Position numbers and translations under genes: made by a program. From Clostridiales bacterium (GTDB lineage: Bacteria > Bacillota > Clostridia > Oscillospirales > CAG-272), in contig DPGD01000024.1 in NCBI GenBank assembly GCA_003522145.1, positions 14,646-78,645 of the forward strand: a stretch of DNA of 64,000 bases. Direction: 5' to 3'. Every line of letters starts with the position of its first letter. Within the stretch, counting starts at the first letter, position 1. Positions 58,990-64,000 of the stretch are shown here, one piece after another. The notes under the pieces were generated by a model, which saw only the letters and a program-made list of their open reading frames with translations, ran no database searches and had not been told where the DNA came from.

Positions 58990-61278
58990 TCAGTTGTTGT
59001 CCTCAACGCCGTCGGTATGCCGGCTCTCCAGAATGATGACCGTGCCTATAGGGACCTTCCGCCCCTGGGGAATGGACTGGGAGATCACCGTTGCTCCCGT
59101 GCCCGCTTCATAATTCACCGAACCGGTGATCTGCACATTGAATCCGCCGGAAATCAGGGTGGTCAGAGCCGCTGAAACCTTATATCCGGTCACATAGGGC
59201 ACCGTCACCTCGCTTGGCTGGATCGGCTCCGCAGGTTCTTCCCCCGCAGGGCATACATAGAGATAGATCCGGCCTCCTTCGATCTGCATTCGGCTTCCTT
59301 GTGCAGGAAGCTGTCCGTAAATCGTATCTCCCTCTCCGATCAGCTCGTATTTCAAGCCCGCCTTCTGAATCTGGATCCTTGCATCGTTCAGGGTCATGGA
59401 GGTGAAATCCGGAACATCATAGCTCCGCAGCGCCAGCTCTTCCTCGGTATAATTTCTGCCCACGCCTAAATATTGCAGAGTTTCATCGACCACGCCTGCC
59501 ACATAAGGCGCTGCCACCGTACCGCCCGACTTGACGCTGGAGCCCGGCTCATCTACGATAATCAATACGGCAATCTTGGGATCATCCGCCGGTGCAAAGG
59601 CCACCGTAGAGCCCACGCGCAGAGTTTTGTCCTCTTCGTCTCTCTTCTCGGAGGTACCGGTCTTGGCCGCAACATTGTAGCCGGCCACATAGGCGTTTTT
59701 CGCAACGCCTGAAATCACGCCCTCGGCTAAAATCTCGGCAAGCTCCTTGCCCACCTCCTCGCTGATGATCTGTCGCTTTGCCGTCTTGTCTGCGTAGGAA
59801 ACCACCACATTTCCCTGGTCGTCTAAAAGCGACTCCACCACATGAGGGGTGACCATATACCCGCCGTTTGCCACGGCACAAACCGCAGTGATCTGCTGTA
59901 TGGGCGTGGTCTTGAAGGTCTGGCCGAAGGAGGAAGTGGCCAATTCCACCGCATTGAAATTTGAGAGCTTGTGATTGATGCCGGAGGCCTCTCCCGGCAG
60001 GTCAATTCCGGTTTTCCCGGTATAACCGAACTCCTCAAAATACTTCCAGAAGGTGTCCTTGCCGACCAGCGCCGCCGCCTGCATCATGGCAGGGTTGCAG
60101 GACTGCTGAAGCAGGTAAGAGAAGCTGTTTTCGCCGTGCCCCGTCTTTTTGTGACAGCTGATATGGGTACCTGCCACCGTCAGTCCTCCGGTGCAGGTCA
60201 TGCGGGTTTCGGGCGTCACCGCCCCGGTTTCCAAGGCAATGGCGGAGGTCACGATCTTGAATGTGGAACCCGGCTCATAGGTCTCGCTGACGCATTTGTT
60301 GCGCCACATGGAATAAATGAGGGACCACTTTAACTCGTTGTATTCCTCTGTCCCGGCGCTCAATCCGGAAAACTTCAGCTCGTCTGCATATTCGTCGGTC
60401 AGCGTGAAGGGAGAATTCAGGTCAAAGCCCCAGTTGGTGGCCATGGCGTAAATCGCTCCGGTCTCCACATCCATCACGATCCCGCAAACATTGTTTCCCG
60501 CCAAATTTTCCTTGTAGGTCTGCTCCAGATAGTTTTCCAGAATCGCCTGAATATTCATATCCAGCGTGGTCACCAAACCGTAGCCGTTCTTGGGATCGAT
60601 TTTGCTGTCGTACTTGCTGGGCATACTCTGATTTTTGGCATTGCGTGCCGTGATGTACTTGCCGTCCGTTCCGGTCAACTGCTCATTATATTGCAGCTCC
60701 AGCCCGAAAAGTCCTCCGTCGGTTCCCAAATAACCGATCACCTGGGCCGCAGAATTTTCATACGGATAATACCGCTTACTTCCGGCCTCCAGATAGATCT
60801 GCCCCACAAAATTGTTTTTGTCAATAAACCGGCGCACCTCATCGGCCGTGTCCTTGTCCACATCCTTCTTGATGGTCTCATCCTTTCTTGTGACCTTCAG
60901 AAGTTTCTTGTAGATGTCCTCATAATCCACCTGCAGAATGTCGGAAAGCCCCTTGGCAACCGTGTCCCGGTCCTCTTCCTTTATGTCCGCCGGAGAAACA
61001 AAGATCCGATAGGTCGTGATGTTCATGGCAAGGGCCTGCATATTCCGGTCGTAAATTGCTCCCCGCTCGGCTTTTATAACATTTTCCTGAATCAGATTGT
61101 CTAAAACCTTTCCCAGATAATAGTCATATTTCACAACTTGAAGGTCGAAAAGATTCGCTATCAATATTCCTGCCACCACCAGAACGACGGTCAGTATAAA
61201 GATCGTTCTTGCGTAAATGGACTTCGACCACTGTTTCATATTCTGAAGATTCCTTTCGATTTTCAACCGTGCGCCCAT
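58990..61278 (-). CDS. Class B penicillin-binding protein (FtsI/SpoVD-type) with C-terminal PASTA domains
   Basis: 762 aa. N-terminal TM; dimerisation domain; transpeptidase motifs STFK, SCN, KTGT; two PASTA-like repeats at the C-terminus. Confidence 0.92.
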   Translation of the reverse strand: MGARLKIERNLQNMKQWSKSIYARTIFILTVVLVVAGILIANLFDLQVVKYDYYLGKVLDNLIQENVIKAERGAIYDRNMQALAMNITTYRIFVSPADIKEEDRDTVAKGLSDILQVDYEDIYKKLLKVTRKDETIKKDVDKDTADEVRRFIDKNNFVGQIYLEAGSKRYYPYENSAAQVIGYLGTDGGLFGLELQYNEQLTGTDGKYITARNAKNQSMPSKYDSKIDPKNGYGLVTTLDMNIQAILENYLEQTYKENLAGNNVCGIVMDVETGAIYAMATNWGFDLNSPFTLTDEYADELKFSGLSAGTEEYNELKWSLIYSMWRNKCVSETYEPGSTFKIVTSAIALETGAVTPETRMTCTGGLTVAGTHISCHKKTGHGENSFSYLLQQSCNPAMMQAAALVGKDTFWKYFEEFGYTGKTGIDLPGEASGINHKLSNFNAVELATSSFGQTFKTTPIQQITAVCAVANGGYMVTPHVVESLLDDQGNVVVSYADKTAKRQIISEEVGKELAEILAEGVISGVAKNAYVAGYNVAAKTGTSEKRDEEDKTLRVGSTVAFAPADDPKIAVLIIVDEPGSSVKSGGTVAAPYVAGVVDETLQYLGVGRNYTEEELALRSYDVPDFTSMTLNDARIQIQKAGLKYELIGEGDTIYGQLPAQGSRMQIEGGRIYLYVCPAGEEPAEPIQPSEVTVPYVTGYKVSAALTTLISGGFNVQITGSVNYEAGTGATVISQSIPQGRKVPIGTVIILESRHTDGVEDNN

Positions 61279-61470
61279 GGCTCTTCCGGCCCCGGCGTCT
61301 TTACGAAACCGATTCTGTTTTATTGTACTCTGAATTTGTGAACTATTTGTGATAATCGGCGTGCTTCTATAAATTTATTTTACTTTTGTCCTTCCTATTC
61401 CTCAATACACAAATTGAGAGTATAACTTTTTTGTTCTACTCTCAATCGTTTTATTTATTCGGAATAAAGC

Positions 61471-62202
61471 CTACGATTCTCCCGTAAAGGCTTCCCAGAC
61501 ATCGGTAAAGTTCTTGGCCAAGGCGTTCAGCACCACCGAAACCACGGTTTCGCTCTTTTCGGGAGCGTCATAGTCCTCCACCTGATCCTCCTTCCGGGGT
61601 GTAACGGCAATGGGGGCGTTCATTTTTCCCTCATCCACCATGCCTAAATTTCCGGTGCTCTCCAAATACTGCCGCAGCTTGTCCACACTGTTCTTATTGT
61701 TCAACTCGGTCTGAAGTTGGTTCTTTTGATTGGACAGCTGCTCCACTTCGCTTTGCATGGCGGAAATATCCTTGGTATACTCGTTGATCCGCACGAAATT
61801 GAAAACCATGGACATGAAAAGCAGCGTACAGATCCCGCAGAAGACCACGGTCATTGCCGGAAAAGGTACTTTTTTCTTCTGAGAAATGGTATGCACCTTT
61901 ATTTTCCTTTTCTGCTTCTGACGGAATCCTTTCTCTCGTTCCGCAAAAAAGGAGACCTCCCCGATGGTCATGTCTTTCTTTTCTGCCGGAGCCGGTAAAT
62001 TTTTCTTCGCTTTTTCCGCTTTTCCCTGCTTTTTTGTCTTTTCTCCGGCATTTATCTTCTTTTTCTCCCCATGGGGCGTTTCCCAAGGCTCTTTGCGCTT
62101 GATCTTCCCCTCTCTGGAAATAATCGGCGCACAGCAGTAAGGCTGTTTCTTCTTTTCTTCATCTTTTTTTTTCATTTTCCGCAACCGCCTTTCTCTGAGC
62201 AC
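61471..62202 (-). CDS. ftsL: FtsL/DivIC-like septum protein with long Lys-rich N-terminal extension
   Basis: TM helix AMTVVFCGICTLLFMSMVFNFV followed by a coiled coil, EYTKDISAMQSEVEQLSNQKNQLQTELNNK. Position between rsmH and the PBP. The start is uncertain (62202 or 62175). Confidence 0.7.
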   Translation of the reverse strand: MLRERRLRKMKKKDEEKKKQPYCCAPIISREGKIKRKEPWETPHGEKKKINAGEKTKKQGKAEKAKKNLPAPAEKKDMTIGEVSFFAEREKGFRQKQKRKIKVHTISQKKKVPFPAMTVVFCGICTLLFMSMVFNFVRINEYTKDISAMQSEVEQLSNQKNQLQTELNNKNSVDKLRQYLESTGNLGMVDEGKMNAPIAVTPRKEDQVEDYDAPEKSETVVSVVLNALAKNFTDVWEAFTGES

Positions 62203-62249
62203 TCGGTTCTTTCTTTCAATCTCAAATACGGATGTCCGTATACGGTTTT

Positions 62250-63212
62250 TTACAGCTTTTCCGCACTGCGCAGTCTGGCACTGCGGCTACGGGGATTTTC
62301 TTCCAGTTCCTTTTCTCCCGGCTCGGTGCCCTTGTCTAAAAGACGGATCTGCGGCTTTTTTCCGCAGACGCATACGGGAAAGTCCGGAGGGCAGGTACAG
62401 CCCTTTGCCAAAGAAGCAAAGGTCTGCTTGGTGATCCGATCTTCCAGAGAATGGAAGGTAATTACCGCTATCCGCCCGCCTTTTTGCAGCAGGGACACCA
62501 GGATTCTCAAGGTCGGCTCGATAATGTCCAACTCCTTGTTGACCTCGATCCGTATGGCCTGAAAGGATTTTTTGGCCGGATGATGCCCGGTGGCTCTGGC
62601 CTTTAACGGAACGGCCCCCTTGATGATCTCGGCCAATTCCAGTGTGGTTCCGATCGGTTCCTTTTCCCTTTTCTGCACGATCGCCCTTGCGATCCGGGGG
62701 GCAAACTGCTCTTCCCCCCAGTGATACAGCACCCGGCGCAATTCCCCTTCGCCGTACCCGTTTACCACATCGTAAGCGGAAAAGCTCTGGCTCTGATCCA
62801 TGCGCATATCCAAAGGCGCATCTTTCATGTAGGAAAAGCCTCTCTCTGCCGTATCCAGCTGGTAGGAGGAAACGCCCAGATCCAACAGCGCTCCGTCAAT
62901 CCGCCCGATGCCCTCGTTTTTCAGCACTTCGCCCACATCCGAGAAATTGCTTTTTACCGTGCAAAAGCGTCCCTCGTAATCTTTCAGCCGCTCAGCGCAG
63001 GCCTTCAGTGCCGCATCATCCCGATCAATGCAGAACAGTCTTCCTTCCGGAGAGAGTCTTTTCAGAATTTCCAGACTGTGCCCGCCTCCCCCGGCAGTAC
63101 AGTCCACATATATCCCGTTTTCTTTTATGTTCAAGGCTTCGATCGCCTCGTTCTTCAACACCGAATAGTGGGAAAAGGTGCCCGTACCTTCCTCTTTTGT
63201 CTCTTCGTTCAT
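62250..63212 (-). CDS. rsmH: 16S rRNA (cytosine1402-N4)-methyltransferase
   Basis: 320 aa. [13 protein letters not shown]...[12 protein letters not shown]...[12 protein letters not shown]...[10 protein letters not shown]. Confidence 0.96.
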   Translation of the reverse strand: MNEETKEEGTGTFSHYSVLKNEAIEALNIKENGIYVDCTAGGGGHSLEILKRLSPEGRLFCIDRDDAALKACAERLKDYEGRFCTVKSNFSDVGEVLKNEGIGRIDGALLDLGVSSYQLDTAERGFSYMKDAPLDMRMDQSQSFSAYDVVNGYGEGELRRVLYHWGEEQFAPRIARAIVQKREKEPIGTTLELAEIIKGAVPLKARATGHHPAKKSFQAIRIEVNKELDIIEPTLRILVSLLQKGGRIAVITFHSLEDRITKQTFASLAKGCTCPPDFPVCVCGKKPQIRLLDKGTEPGEKELEENPRSRSARLRSAEKL

Positions 63213-63251
63213 CCCGTTTCCCCTTTTCTTTTGCAGGACCCCGTCTGCCTT

Positions 63252-63668
63252 TTACAGTCCCAAAGCAATCAGGTCGGCTTCCAGTGCGGTGGCATCCATG
63301 CCCTTCTTGTACTCGTTGTAGGCATCCACATCCCAGATTTCCGCCTTCTCTCCCACGCCGATCACCACCACCGATTTTTGCAGACCGGCCAGATCCCGCA
63401 ATTGCTGGGGAATCAGAACTCGACCCTGGCTGTCCACATCGGTCTCGTTGGCCGAGGCGCAGAGCGAACGCTTCACATCCCTTGCCCGGATGGGCGGCAG
63501 TTCATCCAGCTTGGCGATGAATTTCTTCCACTCCTCCACCGGGTAAATGCAAACGCATTTGTCCACGCTCCGTGTCAGGTACACCTTCTCGCCCAGCTCC
63601 AAACGGAATTTTGAAGGAAGAAACATCCTGCCCTTTCCATCTATTGTGTGCTCATACTCACCGAACAT
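63252..63668 (-). CDS. mraZ: Transcriptional regulator MraZ
   Basis: 138 aa. MFGEYEHTIDGKGRMFLPSKFR...VDSQGRVLIPQQLR (duplicated SpoVT/AbrB-like halves). Confidence 0.96.
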   Translation of the reverse strand: MFGEYEHTIDGKGRMFLPSKFRLELGEKVYLTRSVDKCVCIYPVEEWKKFIAKLDELPPIRARDVKRSLCASANETDVDSQGRVLIPQQLRDLAGLQKSVVVIGVGEKAEIWDVDAYNEYKKGMDATALEADLIALGL

Positions 63669-63786
63669 GAATGCCCCCCTCCTTTCTTCCGCTCTGTATT
63701 TTCTGGAAAAATGGCTCTTTTTCCCTTTTCCGGCTTCGATTGCTCCACCGGAAGGGTCTCACACTCCAAAATTTCTCTGAAGTTTC

Positions 63787-63852
63787 ACCACTTTGCTCCA
63801 CTATGGTATATTTTTACTACACTTTCCACCACCTGAGTGAATTATAGACCAC
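63787..63852 (-). promoter_or_regulatory. Phased GTGG[TA]/GTGTA direct repeats, candidate MraZ operator
   Basis: - strand boxes GTGGT (63852-63848), GTGGT (63832-63828), GTGTA (63822-63818), GTGGA (63801-63797), GTGGT (63791-63787). Spacings are 20, 10, 21 and 10 nt. Two boxes sit in an AAAGTG context. Confidence 0.5.
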
Positions 63853-63869
63853 ACTTTTCTGCATTGCAA
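63841..63869 (-). promoter_or_regulatory. Sigma-A-type dcw promoter TTGCAA-17-TATAAT
   Basis: - strand TTGCAA (63869-63864), 17-nt spacer, TATAAT (63846-63841), about 170 nt upstream of the mraZ ATG. Confidence 0.55.
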
Positions 63870-63913
63870 GGAAAAAAAGCCGTGAATCGCTTTTTTTCGA
63901 CAAGAAAATGAAT

Positions 63914-63958
63914 AAAAAAAATCAATCGGAAAACAAAAAGATTTTCCGATTGATTTTG
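63914..63958. terminator. Bidirectional terminator hairpin upstream of the dcw promoter
   Basis: A-run, then ATCAATCGGAAAA-CAAAAAGA-TTTTCCGATTGAT, then T-run. Confidence 0.65.
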
Positions 63959-64000
63959 TTCAGAAACCGATGTTCGTTTATGCTATTTCAAACCTTTTCT

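Noticed and set aside
1-64000. A scan for rRNA, tRNA, tmRNA, CRISPR arrays and intact IS or integrase genes.
   Set aside because: No cloverleaf-compatible segments, rRNA-like conserved blocks, short regularly spaced repeats or transposase/integrase ORFs were recognised by eye. A tRNAscan-SE, Infernal or ISfinder run would be needed to exclude them formally.

Overview
This is a 64-kb Firmicutes/Clostridia-type chromosome segment at roughly 50-55% GC with AT-rich insertions. It splits into two parts. Positions 1 to about 19,900 form an accessory island bounded by decayed mobile DNA. On the left are a TnpV-like gene, a frameshifted DUF6809-like gene and a degenerate zinc-finger-less primase homologue. 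On the right is a prophage head-module remnant (truncated HK97-type capsid, nonsense-split gp10-like gene), a TnpW-like ORF and a 5'-truncated, frameshifted coiled-coil anchor gene. Between these flanks, all on the + strand, lies the most interesting content, a large RiPP-like locus. It runs TetR, then a partner-switching module (STAS, membrane 5TMR-LYT/Cache/HAMP/PP2C phosphatase, RsbW-like kinase), then a short HlyD-like secretion protein. Next come a C39-peptidase ABC exporter, a second ABC exporter, a small ORF translationally coupled to an ECF-like sigma factor, and nine tandem precursor-like peptides. Six precursors have Nif11-type leaders and three have short double-glycine leaders; cores carry 0-11 Cys, and several contain zinc-ribbon-like CxxCG...CxxC pairs. 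A single radical SAM/SPASM enzyme completes the locus. From about 19,900 to 64,000 the content is core genome: a complete his operon headed by a YerC/YecD (TrpR-like) regulator, a secreted GH92 mannosidase with discoidin domains plus a lipoprotein phosphoesterase, rimP-nusA-ylxR-ylxQ-infB, lepB-rbgA-rnhB, assorted housekeeping genes, and a dcw cluster (mraZ to ftsZ) lacking murF, murD and ftsA. No rRNA, tRNA or CRISPR array was seen. All family assignments come from reading the translations by eye. No database search was run, and family accessions are quoted from memory.
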